In this document: piece after piece, positions 7,742-17,462 of the stretch | Position numbering within the stretch: the stretch's first letter is position 1 | Layout of the letters: every line of letters begins with the position of its first letter | Source of the DNA: Spirochaetota bacterium | GTDB taxonomy: Bacteria > Spirochaetota > UBA12135 > COTS27 > CBDBHE01 | Direction: 5' to 3' | DNA length: 64,000 bases | Assembly: GCA_965205605.1 (NCBI GenBank) | Contig: CBDBHE010000005.1 | Coordinates: 1 to 64,000, forward strand | Translations under genes and position numbers: made by a program | The notes under the pieces: generated by a model | Database searches by the model: none | What the model was told of the DNA's origin: nothing | The model's input: the letters and a program-made list of their open reading frames with translations, nothing else

Positions 7742-9400
7742 TTAAAGAGAAATTCCTCTCTTCCATGGAATAAAATCTTCTTGTTGCAAAAGAAAAGCTT
7801 TGGTTTTAAGCTCTCCACTAGCAACTTTAATCGCAAAATCTAAAAGTTTTTCACCAAGTGACTGTATGCTTTCTTTACCACTAATAATCTCTCCTGTATC
7901 AAAATCAATCATGTCTTTTTGATTTTCAAAAAGATGCGTCGTTGTTGAAATCTTAATCACAGGGGCAATCGGATTGCCTGTAGGCGTACCAAGACCTGTA
8001 GAAAAAAGCACCAAATTAGATCCTGATCCTACTAAAGCAGTTACTGACTCTACGTCATTACCAGGTGTACACAAAAGATTGAGTCCTTGCTTTTGAAGCT
8101 TTTCTGAATAATCAAGCACATCAATAATTCTACCCGTACCCCCTTTTTTAGCTGCACCAGCTGACTTGATGGCATCGGTAATTAGCCCGTCTTTAATATT
8201 CCCAGGAGAAGGATTCATATCAAATCCAGATCCACTTTCAACAGCTCTTTTTTCATAAATTTCCATTAAATCAACAAAACGCTTGGAAACTTCTTTTGTG
8301 GCACAACGATTTATAAGCTCTTGTTCAACACCACAAAGCTCTGGAAACTCCGATAAAATAGCACTTCCCCCACAAGCTGTCAGTAAATCAACCACTTGAC
8401 CAATGACCGGATTAGCCGAAATCCCTGAAAATCCATCCGAAGCCCCACATTCAACTCCAAAAATCAACTTATTAATAGAAGCTTCTTCTCTAATACATTC
8501 ATCAGCTTTCATTAGCCCCACAAAAGTTGACTGTATTGCTTTTTCAATCAGCTTTTTTTCTGAAAAAATTTTCTGTTGCTCAAAAATATACAGTGGTTTG
8601 TTAAAGTGAGAATCTTTTTTATTAATTTCTTCTTTTAAAAGACTCACTTGGGCATGCTGACATCCCAAACTCATAACAGTCGCTCCACAAATATTAGGAT
8701 GAGTGATATAACCGGCTAAAAGCGAACACAACGCCCTTGAATCTCCTTGCGTTTCCCCGCAACCACTTTGATGTGTTAAAAACTTAATCCCATCAATGTT
8801 TTTAAAAACAATGTCCTTTTTAAAAAAAACAGATTTAATTTCTTCTAAAGAAAATTTTTCAATTTCTTCTGTTGTTTTTCCTTTCTTATATAGATTAATT
8901 AACGTTTCAATTTGATTTTTATAAATATTTTCTCTTTGATACCCCAATACTTTAGAAAACGCTTCTTTTAAAACAAGGACATTGCGATTCTCACAAAAAA
9001 CAAGTGGTAATACCAACCAATAATTAGCCGTTCCTACAAATCCATTAGACCTATGATACCCCATAAACGTTCTATCTTGAAATTTAGAAACATCCGGCTT
9101 CTCCCAAACAAACTTACTCTCATTTGCTTGATAAGCTTCTCTATCATGCTTTAAATTGCTAACTGTAATTAAAGCTCCTTTTTTGATTGCTTTGATCGCA
9201 CGCCCAACAACAACTCCATATAAAGTAGCCACTTCCCCTACTTTAAAATCTTTACAAGTAAATTTATGCTTGAGAGGAATGTCTTCTACTAAAAAAAAAT
9301 TTTGTCTCTTTAGTTTAATCTCTTCACCTTTTTTTAAATCGCAAAGAGCAACCATTAAGTCATCTTTTTGATCAATTTCTAAAAATTTTCTTGCTATCAT
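7742..9400 (-). CDS. uxaA: UxaA/GarD-family acid-sugar dehydratase (SAF + GD_AH_C domains)
   Basis: N-terminal SAF-like region, ECGASDGFSGISANP, LSEFPEL, NPSPGN, TPGNDVES, FSTGLGTP. Confidence 0.85.
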   Translation of the reverse strand: MIARKFLEIDQKDDLMVALCDLKKGEEIKLKRQNFFLVEDIPLKHKFTCKDFKVGEVATLYGVVVGRAIKAIKKGALITVSNLKHDREAYQANESKFVWEKPDVSKFQDRTFMGYHRSNGFVGTANYWLVLPLVFCENRNVLVLKEAFSKVLGYQRENIYKNQIETLINLYKKGKTTEEIEKFSLEEIKSVFFKKDIVFKNIDGIKFLTHQSGCGETQGDSRALCSLLAGYITHPNICGATVMSLGCQHAQVSLLKEEINKKDSHFNKPLYIFEQQKIFSEKKLIEKAIQSTFVGLMKADECIREEASINKLIFGVECGASDGFSGISANPVIGQVVDLLTACGGSAILSEFPELCGVEQELINRCATKEVSKRFVDLMEIYEKRAVESGSGFDMNPSPGNIKDGLITDAIKSAGAAKKGGTGRIIDVLDYSEKLQKQGLNLLCTPGNDVESVTALVGSGSNLVLFSTGLGTPTGNPIAPVIKISTTTHLFENQKDMIDFDTGEIISGKESIQSLGEKLLDFAIKVASGELKTKAFLLQQEDFIPWKRGISL

Positions 9401-9456
9401 TAATGATTAAAATAATTCATTTTATAAAATAAAAGAGAGGTTTCTTTAAAAAAACC

Positions 9457-10086
9457 TCAACTAGAAATCTGCATGATTTTTTTACAAATAGGTGATTGTA
9501 AAACATCAAACCCTCTAGCTGGTGAATACTCCCTCCCATAATAAATCATTTGAAGATGTAACTTAACCCAATTCTTTTTAGGAAACAAATTTTTTAAATC
9601 TTTTTCGATTTTTTGCACACTCTTTCCTCTCGAAAGCCCCCATCTTAAAGCAAGACGATGAATATGTGTATCAACAGGGAAAGCAGGTTTATTAAAAATC
9701 TGTGTCATAACAACAGACGCACTTTTATGCCCAATACCAGGAAGCGATTCTAAGGCTTCAAATGTACTAGGAACTTTACTCTCATATTTTTCAACTAAAA
9801 TTTTAGAAAGCAATGAAATGGCTTTTGACTTTTGAGGGGAAAGACCACAAGAACGAATAATAAAGTGAATCTTTTCTAAAGAAACTTTCATCATTTTTTC
9901 AGGAGTATCCGCTAAAGTAAAAAGAACAGGCGTTGTTAAATTAACCCTTGCATCAGTACACCTGGCCGAAAGAAGCACCGCAATTAAAAGAGTATACGGA
10001 CTTTTGTGCTTTAATGGAATCGATGGATTTGGATAAAGATAACTAAGAGTTTTTAGAATAAATTGAACTTTTGCTTTTTGATCCAT
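9457..10086 (-). CDS. nth: endonuclease III
   Basis: LLIAVLLSARCTDARVN, HhH LPGIGHKSA, FPVDTHIHR. Confidence 0.93.
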   Translation of the reverse strand: MDQKAKVQFILKTLSYLYPNPSIPLKHKSPYTLLIAVLLSARCTDARVNLTTPVLFTLADTPEKMMKVSLEKIHFIIRSCGLSPQKSKAISLLSKILVEKYESKVPSTFEALESLPGIGHKSASVVMTQIFNKPAFPVDTHIHRLALRWGLSRGKSVQKIEKDLKNLFPKKNWVKLHLQMIYYGREYSPARGFDVLQSPICKKIMQISS

Positions 10087-10128
10087 GATAGCTTAATCGA
10101 AAAAATCAAAATTTTAAAATAACTCTAG

Positions 10129-10500
10129 TTACTTGTCTTTTTGATTTAAATCGCCAATTCCTGTAATATTAATAGACCCCTTACTCACTCCCCCTTTTTG
10201 CACAAAAAAACTAGCTGTAATCACATCTCCCTCAATCTTACCAGAAGAAAGAATTTTCACTTCGTCTTCAGATAAAATATTCCCTTTTAACTTCCCAGCT
10301 ATCGTACTTTTTTTACTGACCACACTACTTTCAATACATCCCTTTTGGTCTAAATAAAGGCTCTCTTCTACTTTCAATTCTCCTTTAAAAGTACCATAAA
10401 CTTTCATTTTTCCTCTCACATAAAAAACTCCTTCAAAGACACTCTCAAGACCTATTTGAGAATCGGTTAATTTAGGAGAAGGTGTTTTTTTTAAACGCAT
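10129..10500 (-). CDS. bactofilin (polymer-forming cytoskeletal protein)
   Basis: SQIGLESVFEG..., repeated G-x-x-x-G beta-helix pattern, ends V-Q-K-G-G-x-x-x-G. Confidence 0.85.
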   Translation of the reverse strand: MRLKKTPSPKLTDSQIGLESVFEGVFYVRGKMKVYGTFKGELKVEESLYLDQKGCIESSVVSKKSTIAGKLKGNILSEDEVKILSSGKIEGDVITASFFVQKGGVSKGSINITGIGDLNQKDK

Positions 10501-10519
10501 GAAAAATTCTCTTTTTTAA

Positions 10520-12148
10520 TTAAAAAACAACCCATTTTTTTTCTTTTAAAAAATAAATCGCCTTTTTATAATCCTCTTCTTTTAAAAAAAGAATTATCCC
10601 ATGCTTCTTCAAGAAAATCACCTCTGCTTTTTCAGATAGCTTTTCTTCTAAAATTAATTTGGTATGTTTATACAGTTCTTTTGAGTATGTTCTAATTGCA
10701 AAAATGGATTCTTTTTTAAAAGTTTCTAGTTGTTTAAAAAAAGAATTAACTTGCTTAGAAACAAAATCATTATAATAATCAGGTGCAATTTTACTTAAAA
10801 AAAATTTGATTTTCTTGGGATAAAAATGACAAAACCAAGCTAAAGATAGCTTCTTCAAATCGAAAGAAGCCTGTATCGTATAATCAGCAATATTTAATTT
10901 GGTAAAAAGGCTCAAATAATACAAAATAGAAGGGCATGTTTTACTTTTATAAAGAGTTAGCATCCCATCTGTATCAATAATACCATTAAGCTTAGGCTTC
11001 TTTTTTCCACCTAGTTTATTGTTAATTGTCTCTTTAAGTACATAGCGCAACATTTTTTTTGAAAAAAAAATAAAATCCCTTTGCTCACTGATAAAAGCTA
11101 ATTTATCTAAACGATCAACTTCTTTATGAAACAAAGCATAATTTATTAATTCCTTTTGATCTAAAATTCTTTTTTTATTCATTTCATGAAATAATCTTTT
11201 TTTACTTATAAATCCTTTAGATTTTGATGCATTACTTATTAAAACAAGCAGTACTTCAAAACCATAAGAAAAAAAATTTTCAAGTAAAAACTGCACCTTC
11301 AAATGAAAAGGCTTTTTAAGGTAACTAATATACTTTTTCCTTCTAAAAAAAAAACGAGCTAAAACAAAAGCTTGTCTACCTCCTTTTTTTTGAAATAAAA
11401 AATGATCTTTTCTAATTTTTTTTTTAAGGTGAAGTTCATAAATAAATTCATCAACTGTGCTTAAAAAAAGAGAAGTCTTTTCTGAAGTATGAGCATGTGA
11501 GATCGGTTTTTTATTCTCTTCAAAAAAAACTGAATTTAAAAAAACTATCGGCTTAAAGTCCTTTGTAAAACCAAAAAGCAAGCATTTTTTTTTTAAAAGA
11601 GATAAAAGAATCGACTGTTCTTCTTTTAAAAAACAGCTTTTCGCATATAAAAAATTAAATTGCTCTAAGTAGCTCTTTTCTTCATAAGTAAGATTTTTCA
11701 AAGTATTTTTTGAAAGCATTTCTTTAGGTAAATTTTCTTCAATAACAAAAATAGACTTTAAAAAATCACAAAAGTTTTTTGAAAAAATAGCAACATCTTT
11801 TTTAGATTCTAAATAAGAACGATCTTTTTGAATCGAAATCACGTCTATTTCATCTAAAAAATAAACGGTTTTCATCAACGCTTGATCTTCTAAAAAAGGA
11901 GAAATTAAAAGGGGTTTTTGCTTTTCAGGTAAAACTAAGTAAGAATCTTTTAAAGAAAAAATAAACTCTTTTAAATAATTTTTAACAAAATTAGCCACGA
12001 TTTGATGGGCAATATTAGACAAAGATACATAATAAGTAAAAAATAAAAAAATATCATTTGAGATTTTTTGATACTCATCGAGATTTTTAATATTCCAAAA
12101 AGAAAGAAACGTTTTCTCTTTTTTTTCATCTATAAAAAATTTTAACAC
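10520..12148 (-). CDS. hypothetical protein; C-terminal part weakly resembles a Helicase_C_3/XPB-associated domain
   Basis: 542-aa ORF fills the space between genes; the resemblance is by eye only. Confidence 0.55.
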   Translation of the reverse strand: MLKFFIDEKKEKTFLSFWNIKNLDEYQKISNDIFLFFTYYVSLSNIAHQIVANFVKNYLKEFIFSLKDSYLVLPEKQKPLLISPFLEDQALMKTVYFLDEIDVISIQKDRSYLESKKDVAIFSKNFCDFLKSIFVIEENLPKEMLSKNTLKNLTYEEKSYLEQFNFLYAKSCFLKEEQSILLSLLKKKCLLFGFTKDFKPIVFLNSVFFEENKKPISHAHTSEKTSLFLSTVDEFIYELHLKKKIRKDHFLFQKKGGRQAFVLARFFFRRKKYISYLKKPFHLKVQFLLENFFSYGFEVLLVLISNASKSKGFISKKRLFHEMNKKRILDQKELINYALFHKEVDRLDKLAFISEQRDFIFFSKKMLRYVLKETINNKLGGKKKPKLNGIIDTDGMLTLYKSKTCPSILYYLSLFTKLNIADYTIQASFDLKKLSLAWFCHFYPKKIKFFLSKIAPDYYNDFVSKQVNSFFKQLETFKKESIFAIRTYSKELYKHTKLILEEKLSEKAEVIFLKKHGIILFLKEEDYKKAIYFLKEKKWVVF

Positions 12149-12261
12149 AAAACAAAACTTCTTTAAAACTCAAAACTGAGTTATATTATAACCTGCATCC
12201 CAAAAGTAAATTTTTTTTTACTGACTAAAAAAAATTTGTTGAAAATTTCAAAACATAAAAA

Positions 12262-12975
12262 ATGGAACCTCTTCAAAAGAAATTAAAACTTTTCTCCCTC
12301 ATTAGCACTCCTATTGGTAATCTAAAAGACATTACCTTAAGGGCTTTAGAAGTCCTTAAAGATTCAAATGCCATTGTTATTGAAAATTATAAAACAGGCA
12401 AAAAAAAACTCGAACAACTAGGAATTTCACTTGTCAACAAAGATCTTTGGGAAATAAATCGAAAAAATGAAACAAGAGAATCTACCAATTTAGCACTAAC
12501 TCTCATTAAAAATTATAAAACAGCCTCCATGATTTCAGATGGGGGGGCTCCTTTATTTGCTGACCCTGGGAAGCAACTGATAAAAAAATTAAAACAGCAC
12601 CATATCCCCATTACTTTTTTACCAGGAGCCTCTTCTTTAATTGCCGCTTTAGTGCTCTGTGGTTTTGAATTAGAATCTTTTTTCTATGCAGGTTTTTTAC
12701 CAAGAGAAAAATCCCAAAGAATTATTTCGTTAAAAAAATTAAAAAATCATCGATGTCCTATTGTTTTTTATGAAACTCCTTATCGTCTTAGCGCCATACT
12801 ATATGATTTAAATAACATTTTCGAACCATCAACAAAAATAGCTCTTTGCTTTAACCTAACAGAAGGAAAAGAAACCATTATTCAAAAACCTTTAAAAGAA
12901 ATTTATCAGCTATTTTTCAAAAAAAAAATTAAAGAACCTTTTGTCTTAATCACAAACTCTTTGATTAAAAAATAA
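12262..12975 (+). CDS. rsmI: 16S rRNA (cytidine1402-2'-O)-methyltransferase
   Basis: STPIGNLKDITLRALEVL, ISDGGAPLFADPG, FYETPYRL. Confidence 0.9.
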   Translation: MEPLQKKLKLFSLISTPIGNLKDITLRALEVLKDSNAIVIENYKTGKKKLEQLGISLVNKDLWEINRKNETRESTNLALTLIKNYKTASMISDGGAPLFADPGKQLIKKLKQHHIPITFLPGASSLIAALVLCGFELESFFYAGFLPREKSQRIISLKKLKNHRCPIVFYETPYRLSAILYDLNNIFEPSTKIALCFNLTEGKETIIQKPLKEIYQLFFKKKIKEPFVLITNSLIKK

Positions 12976-13056
12976 GCCTTCTTCAAAAAATAAAATTTTA
13001 AACTATAAAGTCTATTGATTTTATAGATAATTAATTTAATGTTATAATGAAAAAAA

Positions 13057-14907
13057 ATGAAAAAAATTAATTTAAAAGAAGTCACCATTCGAATTAGTGG
13101 AGATTCTGGAGATGGCGTGCAACTGATTGGACAAAATCTAGCAAATACCACTGCTTTTTTTGGTAATGATATTGGAACTTTACCTGATTTTCCAGCAGAA
13201 ATTAGAGCTCCTATGGGAAGTTTATCGGGAGTTTCTGGATTTCAGATTCGACTCGGAAGCTATGAAATACATACAGCTGGGGATGAAGTAGATGCTCTTA
13301 TAGCGATGAATCCTGCTGCTTTAAAAACGAGTCTTTCTTCATTAAAAAAAGGAGGAGTTTTAATTGTTAACACAAAACATTTTGATCTCAAAGGTTTAAA
13401 ATTTGCAGGGTATGAAACCAATCCTTTAGAAGACGGGAGTGTCAGTAATTATCAAACACATGCGATTAACTTAACGGAATTAGTAGGAAAAACTCTTAAA
13501 GAACTTGACTTGTCTCATAAAGCCTCTGATCGTTGTAAAAATTTCTTTGCTCTTGGGATGCTTTACTGGCTTTATAATCGAGATTTAGAAGAAACTATTT
13601 TATTCTTAAAAAACAAATTTGAGAAACAAGAAGTTCTTTTAAAGGCCAATCTTCTAGCCTTAAAAGGAGGCTATGCTTTTTGTGACGCCAGTGATTTATT
13701 TCAAGACTCTTACCAGGTTAACCCTGTTAAATTGTCTAAAGGGACTTATAAAAACATCAATGGAAATGAGGGGATTGCCCTTGGGTTGATTGTAGGGGCA
13801 AAGAAAGCAAATCTCAATTTATATTATGCTTCTTACCCTATTACACCGGCGAGTGATTTGCTTCATTATCTTTCTAAACAAAAGCAGTATAATGTTAAAA
13901 CGTTTCAAGCAGAAGACGAAATTGCAGCTGTTTCTTCAGCTATTGGGGCTTCTTATGCAGGGAGCTTAGGTGCTTGTGGGTCATCGGGGCCAGGGATTCT
14001 TTTAAAGCAAGAAGCCATCAACTTAGCAATAATGACAGAACTCCCTTTAGTGATTGTTAACATTCAAAGAGCAGGTCCAAGTACAGGGATGCCAACTAAG
14101 ACAGAACAATCTGATCTTTTAATGACACTTTATGGGAGAAATGGAGATTCTCCTATCCCTGTTTTAGCGACTAGCCACCCAGGGGATTGTTTTGAAGTCG
14201 CTATAGAAGCGGCAAAAATTGCTTTAGAAACAATGTCTCCTGTTTTTTTACTTTCTGATGGCTATATTGGTAATGGATCAGCCCCTTGGAAAATCCCTGA
14301 TTTTAAGAAGTTAGCAGCGATTTCAACTCAAAAAGATCATTTACCAAAACCTTTTAAGCCTTACATACGTCATGAAAAAACACTCTCTCGCTACTGGGCT
14401 ATTCCAGGACAGAAAGGATTTGAGCATCGGATTGGAGGCATTGAAAAAGAAGCTATTAGTGGTGAAATTAGCTACGATCCAACAAATCATGATTTAATGA
14501 CAAAAATCCGTTATCAAAAAATAAAAGCAATTCAAAATCGATTGCCAAAATTTTTATTATTAGGTAAAGAAAAAGGAGACGTTTTAGTGATTGGGTGGGG
14601 AAGTCCTTATGGAAGTATTCGAACGGCTGTTGAAGCATTACAAAAAGAAAATAAAGATGTTTCTTGGATTCATTTGAAATACTTAAATCCTCTCCCAAAA
14701 CAATTAAAAACTTTAATTAAAAATTTTAAACATATTCTCATCCCAGAAATTAATCAAGGGCAACTTTCCTTTATCATCAAAGCTAAATTTTTACGTGAAA
14801 TCCAAGGTCTTAATTTAGTAAGGGGGCTTCCTTTTCAAGTTTCAGAAATCAAACAAGCTATTACCAATCTTCTAAAAAAAGCATCTTCTTTTTATGAAAC
14901 AAAATAA
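13057..14907 (+). CDS. korA: 2-oxoacid:ferredoxin oxidoreductase alpha subunit
   Basis: GDSGDGVQL, YPITPAS, QAEDEIAA, QRAGPSTGMPTK. Confidence 0.93.
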   Translation: MKKINLKEVTIRISGDSGDGVQLIGQNLANTTAFFGNDIGTLPDFPAEIRAPMGSLSGVSGFQIRLGSYEIHTAGDEVDALIAMNPAALKTSLSSLKKGGVLIVNTKHFDLKGLKFAGYETNPLEDGSVSNYQTHAINLTELVGKTLKELDLSHKASDRCKNFFALGMLYWLYNRDLEETILFLKNKFEKQEVLLKANLLALKGGYAFCDASDLFQDSYQVNPVKLSKGTYKNINGNEGIALGLIVGAKKANLNLYYASYPITPASDLLHYLSKQKQYNVKTFQAEDEIAAVSSAIGASYAGSLGACGSSGPGILLKQEAINLAIMTELPLVIVNIQRAGPSTGMPTKTEQSDLLMTLYGRNGDSPIPVLATSHPGDCFEVAIEAAKIALETMSPVFLLSDGYIGNGSAPWKIPDFKKLAAISTQKDHLPKPFKPYIRHEKTLSRYWAIPGQKGFEHRIGGIEKEAISGEISYDPTNHDLMTKIRYQKIKAIQNRLPKFLLLGKEKGDVLVIGWGSPYGSIRTAVEALQKENKDVSWIHLKYLNPLPKQLKTLIKNFKHILIPEINQGQLSFIIKAKFLREIQGLNLVRGLPFQVSEIKQAITNLLKKASSFYETK

Positions 14908-15913
14908 TTCTTCTAATCTTACTAAAAAAGACTTTATTTCTAATCAACAAGTGCGTTGGTGTCCTGGATGTGGAGACTATGCTATTTTATCAGCAATTCA
15001 AAAAACTTGTCCTCAATTAGACATCCCAAAAGAAAATTTTGTTTTTGTCTCTGGCATTGGGTGTGCTTCTCGCTTACCTTACTATATGAATACTTATGGG
15101 TTTCATACCATTCATGGAAGAGCACCTTCTTTTGCAACCGGTATTAAAATTGCCAATCCTGATCTTATGGTTTGGGTTATTACTGGAGACGGGGATGCTT
15201 TAAGTATTGGGGGGAATCACTTTATTCACCTACTAAGAAGAAATGTCAATGTCAATTACTTGTTAATTAACAACCAAATTTATGGACTGACAAAAGGACA
15301 ATATTCACCGACTTCAGCACAAGGGCAAAAAACAAAATCAACTCCTCAAGGTTCTATTGAAACCCCTATTAATCCTGTAAAACTTGCTATTGCTTCAGGA
15401 GCGTCTTTTGTCTCAAGAGTGTATGATACAGATGTTAAAGGAATGGAAGCCATCTTTTTAGAAGCTTCTAAACATCAAGGGACTAGTTTCATAGAAATTT
15501 ATCAAAACTGTAACATCTTTAATGATAAAGTATTTGAAAAATATACCCATAGAGATACCAAAGAAGACACAACTATTTTTTTGGAAGACCAAAAACCTCT
15601 TATTTTTGGAAAAAACAAAGACAAAGGGATTCGGTTAAAAGGATTTTCTTTAGAAGTTGTCGATTTAAATAAAGAAAAAAGCGACAATTTATTAATCCAT
15701 AGTGTAAAAGAAGATTCTGAGTTGCAAGCTTATCTTTATAGCACGATGGATACAAATCCAAACTTACCCGCTCCTTTTGGTATTTTTAGAAAAATCTCTA
15801 AGGGGGTTTATGAAACCACTCTTGAGCATCAAGTAAAAGAAGCCAAAAAAAATAAACCCACTAATGACTATCAAACATTACTACAATCAGGCCAAACTTG
15901 GAAAATCAAATAA
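14894..15913 (+). CDS. korB: 2-oxoacid:ferredoxin oxidoreductase beta subunit
   Basis: WCPGCGD, SGIGC, TPP motif GDGD...NN, YGLTKGQYSPT. Confidence 0.93.
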   Translation: MKQNNSSNLTKKDFISNQQVRWCPGCGDYAILSAIQKTCPQLDIPKENFVFVSGIGCASRLPYYMNTYGFHTIHGRAPSFATGIKIANPDLMVWVITGDGDALSIGGNHFIHLLRRNVNVNYLLINNQIYGLTKGQYSPTSAQGQKTKSTPQGSIETPINPVKLAIASGASFVSRVYDTDVKGMEAIFLEASKHQGTSFIEIYQNCNIFNDKVFEKYTHRDTKEDTTIFLEDQKPLIFGKNKDKGIRLKGFSLEVVDLNKEKSDNLLIHSVKEDSELQAYLYSTMDTNPNLPAPFGIFRKISKGVYETTLEHQVKEAKKNKPTNDYQTLLQSGQTWKIK

Positions 15914-16477
15914 ATGTTTGATCAGAAAAAACTTATTTGGAAAAAAATGAGTCAAAAAATAGAAAAGTCTTTTGAATTTTTTGATATTTCTGCCATTGCT
16001 TTAAAGCATCCCATTTCCAAAGAGCAAAAAACCTTTTATCAATTTAAATCACACGATTGGGTTAATATCTTTGCTTTAACAGAAAAAAAAGAACTCGTTA
16101 CCATTAAATTATTTCGTTTTGGCAATTTAAAACTATCTATTGAAACTCCAGGGGGAGTGGTTGAAAACAAAGAAAATCTTAAAAAAGCAGCCCAAAGAGA
16201 ATTGCTAGAAGAAACAGGTTATCTTGCCAAAAAACTTGAATTAATGGGTCATTTTTCACCAAATCCAGCCATTAATACCAATCAAATCTATTATTATTTA
16301 GCAACAAAACTAGAAAAAAAAGAACAACGATTAGATGAAAATGAAATTATTAATGTAGATTTAATTTCTATTAAAAAATTTGAAAAACTAATTGAAAAAA
16401 GAAAAATTGATCATGCCCTTGTGATAACAGGGTACTATTTATTAAAAAAAAATTTAATTAAAACAGGAAAGAACTGA
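15914..16477 (+). CDS. NUDIX hydrolase (ADP-ribose pyrophosphatase-like)
   Basis: Nudix box GGVVENKENLKKAAQRELLEETG. Confidence 0.9.
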   Translation: MFDQKKLIWKKMSQKIEKSFEFFDISAIALKHPISKEQKTFYQFKSHDWVNIFALTEKKELVTIKLFRFGNLKLSIETPGGVVENKENLKKAAQRELLEETGYLAKKLELMGHFSPNPAINTNQIYYYLATKLEKKEQRLDENEIINVDLISIKKFEKLIEKRKIDHALVITGYYLLKKNLIKTGKN

Positions 16478-17442
16478 TGGAAAATATTTTAGAAATAGCA
16501 AAAGAGGTCATTAAAAATGAAGCGGACGTTATTAAAAATTTATCAAAAAATCTTAGTGAACATTTTGAAAAAGCAGTGAAGTCTATTTTAAACTGCAAAG
16601 GCAAAGTCGTCATTTCAGGAATGGGGAAAGCAGGGCTTATTGGAAAAAAAATAGCTTCTACTTTTTCTAGCTTGGGGACTTCTTCTTTCTTTATGCATCC
16701 AGCCGAAGCTTCTCATGGAGACTTGGGAATGCTTAAAAGAGAAGACATCGTTATTTTACTTTCTAACAGTGGGGAATCTTTTGAAATCATCAATATCATT
16801 CCTCCTATTAAATCTATTGGGTCAACCATTATTGCTATCACTGGAAAAGCGAATTCTACTTTAGCAAAACAAGCTAATTTTTTAATTCATATTGGAAATA
16901 TTAAAGAAGTTGATCAATTAGGTTTGGCTCCAACGACTTCTACAACGGCTATGCTGGTTATAGGGGATGCTTTAGCCATTGCTGCTGTAAGACAAAATAA
17001 AAATTGGAGTAAAGAAGACTTTGCTTTTTTTCACCCAGGAGGGTCGCTTGGAAAAAAACTTCTTAAAGTTAAAAAAATAATGAAGACAAAAGAAAACAAT
17101 GTCTTAATCAAAAAAGAAACCTTTGTGAAAGAAGTTCTTTTGGAAATTTCTGAAAAAAAAACAGGTTGTGCGATTATTATTGATGCTAAAGAACACATTA
17201 TTGGTATTTTTTCAGATGGGGATTTGCGGCGTCATTTAAAACAAAACGAAAACCTTTTAAAACAACCCATTGAAAAAGTAATGACAAAAAACCCAAAGAC
17301 AATTACCGACACGAGTTATGCCTTAGAAGCTCTTAAAATCATGAGAGATCATCAAATAGCAGACCTTCCTGTAATGGATAAAGCTAAAAAAATAGTCGGT
17401 CTTATTTCTATAAAAGACTTAGTTGCCATTGGTCTTTTATAA
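16477..17442 (+). CDS. kdsD: KpsF/GutQ/KdsD arabinose-5-phosphate isomerase (SIS + 2 CBS)
   Basis: SGMGKAG, HPAEASHGDLG, APTTST, FHPGGSLG, CBS pair. Confidence 0.92.
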   Translation: MENILEIAKEVIKNEADVIKNLSKNLSEHFEKAVKSILNCKGKVVISGMGKAGLIGKKIASTFSSLGTSSFFMHPAEASHGDLGMLKREDIVILLSNSGESFEIINIIPPIKSIGSTIIAITGKANSTLAKQANFLIHIGNIKEVDQLGLAPTTSTTAMLVIGDALAIAAVRQNKNWSKEDFAFFHPGGSLGKKLLKVKKIMKTKENNVLIKKETFVKEVLLEISEKKTGCAIIIDAKEHIIGIFSDGDLRRHLKQNENLLKQPIEKVMTKNPKTITDTSYALEALKIMRDHQIADLPVMDKAKKIVGLISIKDLVAIGLL

Positions 17443-17462
17443 AAGGGGTTTAAATCAAAAAG

